Shown in pieces: positions 50,311-59,574 of a DNA stretch of 64,000 nt. A program made the translations under genes and the position numbers. The stretch is from Candidatus Altimarinota bacterium (GTDB lineage: Bacteria > Patescibacteriota > Gracilibacteria > 1-14-2-50-48-13), in NCBI GenBank assembly GCA_046314355.1, contig JBKBWQ010000001.1, positions 1,376,001 through 1,440,000 of the forward strand. The letters are read 5' to 3'. Position 1 is the stretch's first letter. The number at the start of each line of letters is the position of its first letter. The notes beneath the pieces were generated by a model. It searched no databases, was not told the origin of the DNA, and saw nothing but the letters and a program-made list of their open reading frames with translations.

Positions 50311-50649
50311 CTACTTTCCAAATTTCTTCATAATATCACTATTCAGCTTCTTCCCCCAATCATCCGTATATGTCTTCGCATTCCTCAAAAGCTCATCACA
50401 AAATGCTGCAACATCAGGGCCAGTGACCTCCAGTACCTTCTTACCATCCGCTGCACTGGATTCAAATAAATCGATCAATTCATAGTGGATCTTTAGCATG
50501 TCATAGCCGTTTCCAGCTGCGAAATTCCACATGTAAGCCTGAATCTTTTTATAGACAAACTGATAGTCTTCAGGAAGCTTTGCAACCTTTGCCATCATTT
50601 CTCTATACTCTTTCTTTTCACCGATCATTTTTTTGAAAATTTCAAACAT
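50311..50649 (-). CDS. DUF1048 family protein
   Basis: LPEDY...YKKIQ.YMW and LFE.SAADGK.VLEVTG.DVAAFCDEL; follows a PadR gene. Confidence 0.85.
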   Translation of the reverse strand: MFEIFKKMIGEKKEYREMMAKVAKLPEDYQFVYKKIQAYMWNFAAGNGYDMLKIHYELIDLFESSAADGKKVLEVTGPDVAAFCDELLRNAKTYTDDWGKKLNSDIMKKFGK

Positions 50650-50652
50650 AAT

Positions 50653-50979
50653 TTATTGTTTTAAGAGATTGATTTTTGATGCAATGAACTTCCATTTTTC
50701 CCAGAAGTTCTTGAGTTCTTCTCGTCCAGCATCATTGAGCGCAAAGAATTTACGAGGTGGTCCCATATCCGACGGTTTTTTTGTAATATCCACCAACTTG
50801 TTTTTTTCAAGCCTAACCAAAATGGTATAGACAGTTCCGTCTACTACATCAGTGAACCCAACAGCATTGAGTTTCCGGGTGATTTCATAACCATAGGTTT
50901 CCTGATGGCTGATGATCTCGAGGACGCAGCCTTCCAGAACTCCTTTCAGCATTTCTGTAATGTTATCTGTGATAGGCAT
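50653..50979 (-). CDS. PadR-family regulator
   Basis: MLKGVLEGCVL, YGYEI, GTVY..L.RLE and GPPRK; palindromic tactac/gtagta sites upstream at 51003-51045. Confidence 0.92.
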   Translation of the reverse strand: MPITDNITEMLKGVLEGCVLEIISHQETYGYEITRKLNAVGFTDVVDGTVYTILVRLEKNKLVDITKKPSDMGPPRKFFALNDAGREELKNFWEKWKFIASKINLLKQ

Positions 50980-51168
50980 CTGCTTTCTTTAAAAATAAAG
51001 TATGTAGTAGTACTTACTACTGGTATATAGTACTACGTAGTAGTGAAAGATCAAGAGAAAAGTTTTAATTTCTGGAAAACTGCAGTGAAATCCATACTGC
51101 CATTCATAAAATAGACAAATGAGTAGAGAGGGAGTACTATGGTATATTGATACTTTATTCATACACCT

Positions 51169-51466
51169 ATGAGAGCACTCTGGTCAGGCGCACTAAGTTT
51201 CGGACTCATCAATATTCCTGTGAAAATGTACAGCGGTTCCAAGGAAAGGGCACTGAAGTTTCACATGCTTGATCAAGCAGCTTACTAAACCTTTTAAAGC
51301 ATCTCATTTTGAGGACACATATACTGATAAACTTCTCTCTGTTATTAAGAAGAAGGCCAAAGGAAAGACGATTGAGATAAAGGAGGAAAAACCAGGTCAT
51401 GAGGATCATGATACTACGGACATCCTTGCAATGCTGAAAAAGAGTCTTGAATTGGACCCTAAATAA
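51169..51466 (+). pseudogene. ku: Ku (NHEJ) gene remnant with a large internal deletion and frameshift
   Basis: MRALWSGALSFGLINIPVKMY..L.FHMLD (Ku N-terminus) is joined out of frame to LIKQLTKPF....FEDTY...L..VI.KK.KG...DILAMLKKSL (Ku C-terminus); directly upstream of ligD. Confidence 0.88.
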
Positions 51467-51472
51467 TTTCTT

Positions 51473-53884
51473 ATGGCACTTGATCTCTATCAGTCAAAAA
51501 GAAACTTTAAGAAAACCTCTGAACCCAAGGGTAAAGAGAGAAAAACTGTAAGTAAGCTTTTGTTTGTAGTACAAAAACACGATGCTTCACATTTGCACTA
51601 CGATTTTCGCTTAGAACTTGATGGAGTACTGAAAAGCTGGGCGATTCCAAAGGGACCGTCACTAGATCCTGAAGATAAAAGGTTAGCTGTGGAAGTGGAA
51701 GATCATCCTTTCGAATACAGGAATTTTGAGGGACACATACCTAAGGGTAATTATGGTGCTGGAGATGTGATCGTGTGGGATACAGGAGTGTATCATTCTC
51801 CCGATGCGAAGACTCAGAAAGAGAATTATGAGATGCTCATGAAGGGCTATAAAAAGGGACATTTACAGTTTGTGCTTGAAGGCAAAAAACTCAAAGGATC
51901 CTATGATCTTTTTCGTATAAAAGATGGAAAAAACTGGCTTTTAGTAAAAAAGCATGATGAGTATGCATCGACCGAAAATATTTTAGTGAAGAAAGATTCA
52001 GTGCTTTCTGCAAAGAAGCTTCCATCTCCTAAAAAAGGTAAAGACCCAATGCCGTATCATATCAAACCTATGCTTGCGACCCTTACTGAAAAACCTTTTG
52101 ATGATAAGGACTGGATATTTGAAATAAAATGGGATGGGTACCGTGCTATTGCCGAGGTAAAAGATGGCAAGGTGGAACTGTACTCCCGGAATTATTTGAA
52201 TTTTAAAGAAAGGTATAGTGCAGTCACAGAAGCTTTAGAAAAACTTGGTCATGATGTAGTATTAGATGGGGAAGTCGTTGTCCTGGATCGCAAAGGGATA
52301 AGCAAATTTCAGCTTTTGCAGAAATACACGGAAGAAGGAGGAAATCTCACGTACCAAGTATTTGATATATTGTATCTGGATGGTACAGATCTGCGCAAAT
52401 ACCCTCTGATCGAACGAAAGAAACTCCTGGAACTTCTACTTCCTAAAAAAGGCATCCTCAAATATAGCGGACATATAGAAGAAAAAGGAGCAAGTATGTA
52501 TACAGAAGCTCAAAAAGCAGGACTGGAAGGTGTAATGGCAAAGAATAAAAATAGTGCTTATATACCTCAGAGAAGTGAGCAATGGCTGAAGTTGAAAACA
52601 GAAAAAAGACAGGAGGCAATTATTTGCGGATTTACAGAACCTCAGGGGACACGGGAGCATTTTGGTTCCCTGATATTGGGAGTGTATGTGGATAATAAAC
52701 TTACTTTTGTAGGGCATACGGGCAGCGGTTTCGATGGAAAAAAACTTAGGTCTTTACATACATTATTGCTTCGCCTCAAGACCAAGGACTCACCTTTCGA
52801 AAGAAAACCAAAAACAAATATGCCCGTCACATGGGTAAAACCTGAACTTCTCTGTGAAGTAAAATTCTCTGAATGGACTGATGATGGTATCATGAGGCAT
52901 CCTATTTTTATGGGACTGAGAGAAGACAAGGATCCTAAACTTGTTAAGAAAGAAATCCCGCAAAAAACTTCACATGAAGAAAAAACTGTACAGGGAAAAG
53001 TAGAACTTACGAATCCTAAAAAAGTATATTGGCCGGAACTTGGTCTTACTAAAAAAGATTTATTTTCCTATTATGAGAAAATTGCAGATACTATTCTTCC
53101 TTATCTAAAGGACCGTCCTGAGTCTCTGAATAGACATCCTAATGGGATTCACGGGACAAATTTCTATCAAAAGAATACAACTTACGATCTGCCTGATTTT
53201 ATAGAAACTACGACCATTTACTCTGAATCTGCAGAGAAAAATATTCATTATATTCTTTGTCAGAACAAGGAAACACTCTTATATATGGCAAACCTCGGCT
53301 GTATAGAAATCAACCCATGGAACTCTCGAGTTGGTAAGCTAGAATACCCTGACTATATGGTGATCGATCTCGATCCTGGCGAGAACACGATAAAAGAACT
53401 CGTACAAGTTGCTCAAGTGGTGCATGAGATACTTGATATGGCTTGTGAAAAAAGCTATGTAAAGACCTCAGGTAAAACGGGACTTCATATTTTTGTACCT
53501 TTGAGAGGGAAGTATCATTATGGCCAAGTACGTATTTTCTCTGAATATATTGCGACGCTTGTACATAAGGCATTACCAGATATTACAAGTATTGAAAGAA
53601 GTCCTTCCAAAAGAAAGGATAAGATCTACATAGATTTTCTGCAAAATCGTATTGGACAAACACTGGCGGCTCCCTACTGCCTACGGCCCGTTAAGGAAGC
53701 TACAGTCTCCACACCTCTTCTCTGGGAAGAAGTAAATGATAAACTCGATCTTACAAATTTCACTATGGATGTTATCTTCAAACGGCTGAAAAAATACGGA
53801 GATCTTTGGGAATCTTTACCGAATGAGACCGTTGACTTAAAGAAGTCTATTACATGTTTGGAAAATGCATTAAAGAGTAAATAA
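51473..53884 (+). CDS. ligD: DNA ligase D (phosphoesterase-ligase-polymerase)
   Basis: QKHDASHLHYDFRLE, EIKWDGYR, EGVMAK, WLKLK, DLDP and KTSGKTGLH. Confidence 0.95.
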   Translation: MALDLYQSKRNFKKTSEPKGKERKTVSKLLFVVQKHDASHLHYDFRLELDGVLKSWAIPKGPSLDPEDKRLAVEVEDHPFEYRNFEGHIPKGNYGAGDVIVWDTGVYHSPDAKTQKENYEMLMKGYKKGHLQFVLEGKKLKGSYDLFRIKDGKNWLLVKKHDEYASTENILVKKDSVLSAKKLPSPKKGKDPMPYHIKPMLATLTEKPFDDKDWIFEIKWDGYRAIAEVKDGKVELYSRNYLNFKERYSAVTEALEKLGHDVVLDGEVVVLDRKGISKFQLLQKYTEEGGNLTYQVFDILYLDGTDLRKYPLIERKKLLELLLPKKGILKYSGHIEEKGASMYTEAQKAGLEGVMAKNKNSAYIPQRSEQWLKLKTEKRQEAIICGFTEPQGTREHFGSLILGVYVDNKLTFVGHTGSGFDGKKLRSLHTLLLRLKTKDSPFERKPKTNMPVTWVKPELLCEVKFSEWTDDGIMRHPIFMGLREDKDPKLVKKEIPQKTSHEEKTVQGKVELTNPKKVYWPELGLTKKDLFSYYEKIADTILPYLKDRPESLNRHPNGIHGTNFYQKNTTYDLPDFIETTTIYSESAEKNIHYILCQNKETLLYMANLGCIEINPWNSRVGKLEYPDYMVIDLDPGENTIKELVQVAQVVHEILDMACEKSYVKTSGKTGLHIFVPLRGKYHYGQVRIFSEYIATLVHKALPDITSIERSPSKRKDKIYIDFLQNRIGQTLAAPYCLRPVKEATVSTPLLWEEVNDKLDLTNFTMDVIFKRLKKYGDLWESLPNETVDLKKSITCLENALKSK

Positions 53885-53901
53885 TTTCTATTTTATAAAA
53901 A

Positions 53902-53923
53902 TATGCAACAAAATAGTTGCATA
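53902..53923. promoter_or_regulatory. ArsR-type operator dyad
   Basis: tatgcaac-aaaata-gttgcata upstream of the SRPBCC-ArsR pair. Confidence 0.65.
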
Positions 53924-53976
53924 AAAATAAGAGATAAGGTATAGATAATAAGTCAGCATTTATTATCAACAAACTT

Positions 53977-54432
53977 ATGGAAAATACTGTACAAGATGTG
54001 ATTGAAAAAGAAGTAATAATTAATGGTTCAAAAGAACGTGTATTTCAGGCAATCAGTGATCCAGCTCAAATAACTTCATGGTTTCCTGAAGGGATAGAGG
54101 GCAGTCTTGCAGTAGGTGAAAAGCCAGTGTTTGATTTTGGAAAACATGGAAAAGTGCAGGTTGTGATCATCGCTAGTGAACCGAGTGATTATTTTGCATA
54201 TCGCTGGATACCTGGGAGTAATGTACATTCAGAAGAAGAAATATCTGAGACCCTGGATCATCCTAATACACTTGTGGAATTTCGATTGGAAGATATAGAA
54301 GGAAAGACAAAGGTAACAGTAAAAGAAACAGGCTTTGCTTCATTGCCGTCTGAAACATATGAAAAGATCTTAGGAGAAAATACAAAAGGATGGGAATTTA
54401 TGTTAGGGCGTTTAGAGAAATTCATAAACTAA
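53977..54432 (+). CDS. SRPBCC / AHSA1-like protein
   Basis: ERVFQAISDP....WF, FAYRW, TLVEF.L, V.ETGF and GW. Confidence 0.88.
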   Translation: MENTVQDVIEKEVIINGSKERVFQAISDPAQITSWFPEGIEGSLAVGEKPVFDFGKHGKVQVVIIASEPSDYFAYRWIPGSNVHSEEEISETLDHPNTLVEFRLEDIEGKTKVTVKETGFASLPSETYEKILGENTKGWEFMLGRLEKFIN

Positions 54433-54437
54433 ATAAT

Positions 54438-54749
54438 ATGGAAGCTGCTGTATTTAAAGCTCTTGGGGATCCAATACGTCTAAGAATGATGAAAAGACTC
54501 TCATCAGGAAGCTCTTTTAACATTACTTCGATATCCTATGAGCTGGGTATTACAAGACAAGGTGCGCGAAAGCACCTGCAAGTTTTGATAGATGCTCAAG
54601 TTGTCCGAATGGAGCCTCAAGGAAGAGAAATGATTGTGCAGCTGAACCCTGATGTATTAGAAAAAGCAAAGAAATACATTGATATGCTTGGAAAGCAGTG
54701 GGAGCAGCGTTTGGGAGCATTGAAGGATTTTGTAGAAGGTGGGAAATAA
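54438..54749 (+). CDS. ArsR/SmtB-family regulator
   Basis: VFKALGDP.R, ITRQ...KHL.VL and W..RL..LK..VE. Confidence 0.88.
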   Translation: MEAAVFKALGDPIRLRMMKRLSSGSSFNITSISYELGITRQGARKHLQVLIDAQVVRMEPQGREMIVQLNPDVLEKAKKYIDMLGKQWEQRLGALKDFVEGGK

Positions 54750-54827
54750 AACGAGAGTTAAAAAGGGTTATTTCTTACTCTCTCCAAATATGCTATATTC
54801 AGTGTACTACAAATTATTATAACGATT

Positions 54828-55376
54828 GTGAATAAGATCATTCTTATTGGCGGAATGCCTCGCTGCGGAAAAAGTTCTCTCGTAGACTTCTTAATGAAGG
54901 AATATAATATTCCATATTATTCTACAGATATACTTTGCCAGCTCATCAATGCTTCTTTTCCTGAGTCAGGCATAGATGTAGAGTTGCCCATTGAAGAGAA
55001 AATAAAGACTTTTCAGCCTATCTTACAAATGCTGGTGAAAACCTTAAGTTTCCAAAAGGGCACTATTGCCATCGAGGGCGATGTGATTACTCCGGGTTTT
55101 GCAAAGGAAATGGAAGCCATGTATAACACAAAATCTTGTTTTCTTGGCTCTACGAATGCTACTTTTGAAAACTACAAGATCCGCACTGGAGGAGGTTATG
55201 ACTGGATCTCTGAGAGATCAGACAGAGAAGTAAGTGAGACTGTTGAGTATGTGAGAAAGTATAGCCAACAGTATAAAAAAGAATGTAAGGAACTGGGATT
55301 ACTTTATTATGAACTTGAGATAGGGAACTTTGAAAAGGGATTACGAGAGCTCAGTGAGTATTTGTTAAAGCAGTAG
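54828..55376 (+). CDS. P-loop nucleotide-kinase-like protein
   Basis: LIGGMPRCGKS Walker A, STD and IEG. Confidence 0.7.
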   Translation: MNKIILIGGMPRCGKSSLVDFLMKEYNIPYYSTDILCQLINASFPESGIDVELPIEEKIKTFQPILQMLVKTLSFQKGTIAIEGDVITPGFAKEMEAMYNTKSCFLGSTNATFENYKIRTGGGYDWISERSDREVSETVEYVRKYSQQYKKECKELGLLYYELEIGNFEKGLRELSEYLLKQ

Positions 55377-55509
55377 ATTCCGTGCGTACGACATATTATG
55401 AGAATCCTTCTCGGATATCTGCATAGGTACATTCTTCATATCCGGATATTTTTATCCATTAGACAGGAATCCATCCATCAATATACTGAAGACATTCTAG
55501 CAATTTTTT

Positions 55510-56481
55510 ATGAAAAAATTTCTCTATACATTGTGCCTACTTGTTCTTCTCTTGATTGCGGCAGGAGCTTATCTTGTCTTTGTGCCAGCTTCCGCTCTGC
55601 AATCAAATACTAATTCTTTTTCTTATCCTACTTATGAGGCAGCGGTAGCTGACATAAAAAATTTTGATGAGCCAGAGAAAGATCAGATCCGTGAAGATTG
55701 TGGGAGCAGTATATACCATACAGGAAAAAAAGAAGCCCGATCTATCGTTCTATGGCACGGCTATACAAATTGTCCAAAACAGTTTGATGAGTTTGGGAGA
55801 CGTTTGGCTGAGAAAGGCTATAATGTATTGATCCCTCGTACTCCAGGTCATGGATATCAGGATCGTATGACTGAGGCACTAGGTAATGTCACTTTTGAAG
55901 ATTTTCAAACGTATATCCAGCGTTCCATTGCGATCGGAGATATGCTGGGAGATGATGTGACGGTAGTGGGACTTTCTGCGGGAGGAACATTTGCTCTTTG
56001 GGCTGCTGTGTATGAAGAGAAAGCAGACCGCATTATTACCATTGCTCCAGTGGCATATCCATGGGGATTTGAACCAATCCTGAGAGAGTTTGTAGTAAGA
56101 TATGCAGCATTCTTACCAAATGAGTTCAAGTGGTGGAGCGACGAACAGAAGGGAGATCTGCCTGGTCCGCCGCATGCGTATAGAAGATATTCTACTAGAT
56201 CTATGGGCATTGTGCTGCATATTGCATCCACTGTAGAACACATGCTGAGAGGAGGTAAGAGAATAGAAAAGCCTGTGACTTTTGTCATCAATGAAGCAGA
56301 TAAAGCTTTGCGTGATAAGGAGCTTATAGAAATGAGTAATCTTTTTGAAAAATCAGGCGCAAAAGTATCACGTTATTTCTTTGAGAAGAGTAAGGGATAT
56401 CCGCATGATTTGATCGATGAATATAATATCAAAGAGAATAAAGAGGATGTGTATAAAGTTCTTCTCGAATTAATTGGATAA
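55510..56481 (+). CDS. membrane-anchored alpha/beta hydrolase
   Basis: N-terminal TM, HGYT, PGHG and GLSAGG nucleophile elbow. Confidence 0.85.
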   Translation: MKKFLYTLCLLVLLLIAAGAYLVFVPASALQSNTNSFSYPTYEAAVADIKNFDEPEKDQIREDCGSSIYHTGKKEARSIVLWHGYTNCPKQFDEFGRRLAEKGYNVLIPRTPGHGYQDRMTEALGNVTFEDFQTYIQRSIAIGDMLGDDVTVVGLSAGGTFALWAAVYEEKADRIITIAPVAYPWGFEPILREFVVRYAAFLPNEFKWWSDEQKGDLPGPPHAYRRYSTRSMGIVLHIASTVEHMLRGGKRIEKPVTFVINEADKALRDKELIEMSNLFEKSGAKVSRYFFEKSKGYPHDLIDEYNIKENKEDVYKVLLELIG

Positions 56482-56548
56482 AGATGTAGGTAGTACTTTC
56501 TTAATAAAAAACCTCACTGCATGTGAGGTTTTTTATTTTTTATCATAA

Positions 56549-57313
56549 TTAAGCTGTGAATTTTTTCTGATTTGTGAGAGATGCTTTTTGGAAAAGGAGT
56601 GCAGATGTAATCCACAATACCGTAAAGAATCCATTTATTACAAGTGTCATGCCAGGAATATCGAGTCTCATGACTAGTACAATAACAGCAACAAGCATCT
56701 GCGCTGAAGCAGTTGCAAATAAGGTCTTTGCCATTCCTTGTGGATCAAACCGGTTCATGAAAGATCCAAGGATGCCAATACCAAGTACTCCAATGTACAT
56801 CAGATTCGCAGGATTGTTTCCATCTCCTATTATTCCCACTGCAAGATTGCTCCAGATAAGGAAAAGTCCAGTAAATACTGCTAGTCCGACAGCAGCCTTA
56901 TAGGTAAAACTATTGGCTTTTCTTGATATGAGTTTATAGGTAAGACCTGAGCCGAAGAGCAGTGTACCGGCAATAATAAAATCAAATAAATCCCAGTGTA
57001 CTTCATCAGTAAACTGCATTGCAAAGAAAGGGATAAGCAGGAGAACTCCTGTAATAAGTGCAACGCGGATAAGGTGTTTGCTATTCATAATAAATGAGGT
57101 TAAATTTTCTTTAATAATGCTTGTAAGTGTTTCAGAAAAAATCCATACAATAAACCAGGGTATTCCTTTTTGAGCATTCTGATGCTCGTAGTACAGGTCA
57201 CTGAAGGTCTGCTCCATTCCTTCTCCAAACTGTTTCCTGTAGGATTTAGGATAGAAATAAAGAAGTCGTTTATACCACATCCTGTAAGACTCTATTGAGT
57301 ATTTATATGCCAT
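56549..57313 (-). CDS. PadR-associated membrane protein
   Basis: YKRLL.FYP..YR..FGE.M prefix then multiple TM helices; overlaps the PadR stop. Confidence 0.75.
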   Translation of the reverse strand: MAYKYSIESYRMWYKRLLYFYPKSYRKQFGEGMEQTFSDLYYEHQNAQKGIPWFIVWIFSETLTSIIKENLTSFIMNSKHLIRVALITGVLLLIPFFAMQFTDEVHWDLFDFIIAGTLLFGSGLTYKLISRKANSFTYKAAVGLAVFTGLFLIWSNLAVGIIGDGNNPANLMYIGVLGIGILGSFMNRFDPQGMAKTLFATASAQMLVAVIVLVMRLDIPGMTLVINGFFTVLWITSALLFQKASLTNQKKFTA

Positions 57314-57665
57314 AAAAATAAGTATGTGGTAAAAGCCGTTTCTCTTTTGCAACCTCAATAACTTCACTGTATCTCTCTAATTCAGCTTCAAGGGATTTCT
57401 GACCGATTGCTGTAATTTTATAATAAATACGGCGCTCGTCACCCATCTTGGGATCTATTTTCTTTTCACTCTCAGAGATTAGTCCAGCACTTATCATACG
57501 GTTAAGTGATCCATAAAGAGTCCCAGGTCCCATCTTTACTTTTTCCTGTGAATCCAACTCCACTTGCTTCATGATCCCATACCCATGACGCTCCTCGATG
57601 GAGAGAGCAAGTAGGATGTGGAGCACAGCAGGGGTAAGAGGAGTATTTGTAGTGGTGTTTTTCAT
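57303..57665 (-). CDS. PadR-family regulator
   Basis: HILLAL...RHGYGIM, GPGTLYGSL.R and RRIYY.IT. Confidence 0.9.
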   Translation of the reverse strand: MKNTTTNTPLTPAVLHILLALSIEERHGYGIMKQVELDSQEKVKMGPGTLYGSLNRMISAGLISESEKKIDPKMGDERRIYYKITAIGQKSLEAELERYSEVIEVAKEKRLLPHTYFYGI

Positions 57666-57671
57666 GACTCG

Positions 57672-57700
57672 ATAATATATCCGTAACGGATATATGTCAA
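57672..57700 (-). promoter_or_regulatory. promoter with overlapping operator dyad for padR
   Basis: TTGACA-N17-TATTAT overlapped by atatatccg-taa-cggatatat. Confidence 0.75.
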
Positions 57701-57876
57701 TAAAATTTAGACTTATAAAAATACCGAGTCCTTTAAAGCGATTCGGTATTTTCCTAGTTTAGTTTAAGACAAGAGTCTCTCTTTTACATAAATAAAGGAA
57801 TGATATCAAGTAGAAAGCTTTATTTGCATTGGAGTATCAGATCTTCTTTCCGATGCATAGATAAATTCTCAATTAC

Positions 57877-58017
57877 TTAATCTATTAAGAGCTGATTGGT
57901 ATTTATATTAATATTTGACGTATTCATATTGCCTGAAGGCATCTCATCCGTACATGCTGTAAACGCGACTAAAAAGAGAGCAAAAAGTACTAGGTGGAGT
58001 GGAATATTGTTTTTCAT
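57877..58017 (-). CDS. small putative lipoprotein (46 aa), not in the ORF track
   Basis: MKNNIPLHLVLFALFLVAFTAC-TDEMPSGN...; lipobox-like FTAC after a hydrophobic core. Confidence 0.5.
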   Translation of the reverse strand: MKNNIPLHLVLFALFLVAFTACTDEMPSGNMNTSNININTNQLLID

Positions 58018-58197
58018 AAATAATGGAAGTTATTTATAGAGATGGGCAAGTGTAACTCCTTTAAAAAAAAATGGCAAGATAGTGTGGATATTTTTATAGA
58101 TGTTCTCCATAAAAAGATAAAGTAGAACTTTATAAAAGAGAGCACATATTGGAATGTGCTCTCTTTATCTGAAAAATCAGCTTTGTACGTAACTTAT

Positions 58198-58602
58198 TTA
58201 TAGATAACTTGTAATTTCAGGAGGATTCATCCAGTTATTATGAAGTCCGTCACTATATCCTACTTTGAGATCTGCGAGTTCTTCAGGTGTAATATTATCG
58301 ATAGTTGAGATTTGGATTGTAGCAAAAGCTCCTCCCATTTCAGGAATATTTCCGCTGCCGTGAGTACGTACTCCGCAGGTATTGCAGAAGTAATTATGAA
58401 TAGTGTTTGATCCCCACTGATAATCAGTCTCATTTTCCTGACCTGTAAGAATAGTAAGATCATCGGGTTTCATTGAAATACTCCAATTACGTGTCTTAGA
58501 ACAGATGGTACAATTACACTTGCCTGTACCTGAGGAAAGATCTACTTCGGCGCTATAAGTAACTTTTCCACAATGACAGCTTCCAGTATAAGTCTTTTTC
58601 AT
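58198..58602 (-). CDS. GFA (glutathione-dependent formaldehyde-activating / CENP-V) family protein
   Basis: GSCHCG, CNCTIC and FCNTCG. Confidence 0.9.
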   Translation of the reverse strand: MKKTYTGSCHCGKVTYSAEVDLSSGTGKCNCTICSKTRNWSISMKPDDLTILTGQENETDYQWGSNTIHNYFCNTCGVRTHGSGNIPEMGGAFATIQISTIDNITPEELADLKVGYSDGLHNNWMNPPEITSYL

Positions 58603-58923
58603 AGATAGTCTTATAAAATAGTATAGTGAGTATGAAGAAACTTCTGTTTTATTTCAATAATGAAAAATTTTTTTAACTGCCTATTCTTTCAACTCTACTC
58701 CTGCTTTTTTTTCTTGTCAAAGAAACGAAAATTTGAACTTTAGAGTGAATTTTCTTTATAAAATTTCTATCATTGCTTGGCACCACACTATTGACAAAAA
58801 TAGTATAGAGTAAATTTTACTAATCTAACAGTAAGAGATTTTCTGTAAATTGCGCTTTAATTGAGCAGTAGTATATTAAATACGAACATGTTCACTATCT
58901 TTAGATCTTTGACCCAATAAACT

Positions 58924-59127
58924 ATGGCAACTAATTCCAATGATCAGAATGCAGGTTATACTAATAAATCGGGAAATAATACTGATGATAAAAAGACAGG
59001 AAATGGATTTAACGCATTGAACAAGACACAGCAGAGCTATGACAATCAATCAAAGTCAGATGACACTATGGGGAATATCGGAGGTAAAAGAGATGCAGAA
59101 GAAGATATTGATAGTGTGAGCCGCTAA
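58924..59127 (+). CDS. small hydrophilic, probably disordered protein
   Basis: 67 aa, rich in N/D/K/G/S, with no hydrophobic core. Confidence 0.6.
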   Translation: MATNSNDQNAGYTNKSGNNTDDKKTGNGFNALNKTQQSYDNQSKSDDTMGNIGGKRDAEEDIDSVSR

Positions 59128-59178
59128 AGTGGAATAGAAATCGAGAGAGAAAGATTACTAGTTTTTAACCTTATGTTT

Positions 59179-59340
59179 ATGGCTACAAATAACAAATCTG
59201 GTAATGGATCACAGAGAAGTGCGAGAGGATTTGCTGCAATGGACCCTGCAAGACAAAGAGAGATAGCAAGTATGGGAGGAAAAGCCTCTCATAATGGAAA
59301 TAACGGTGGAGGAAAGGGAAGATCCTCCAACGGAAAATAA
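59179..59340 (+). CDS. KGG-motif general stress protein (53 aa), not in the ORF track
   Basis: MATNNKSGNGSQRSARGFAAMDPARQREIASMGGKASH...; matches the RGFA.MD...QREIAS.GG motif. Confidence 0.85.
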   Translation: MATNNKSGNGSQRSARGFAAMDPARQREIASMGGKASHNGNNGGGKGRSSNGK

Positions 59341-59354
59341 GGATGTAAGGTAAG

Positions 59355-59400
59355 ATAAAAGAAAATACCTGTGGGTGAGCCTACAGGTATTTTCTTTTAT
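59355..59400. terminator. bidirectional intrinsic terminator
   Basis: ataaaagaaaatacctgt...acaggtattttcttttat. Confidence 0.75.
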
Positions 59401-59574
59401 AAAAATTATCGCATAAAAATATAAGTAAAATATGTCTATGTGTGTTATAATTTTTTCAAATACATATACAAATACTACACCGATGAAAAATTCTGTCCTT
59501 CTTACATTTCTTTACGAAATATAAAGTGGGTTTTTGTATATTGTAAAAATTTTTCTATTTGTTGATTCCGATTT

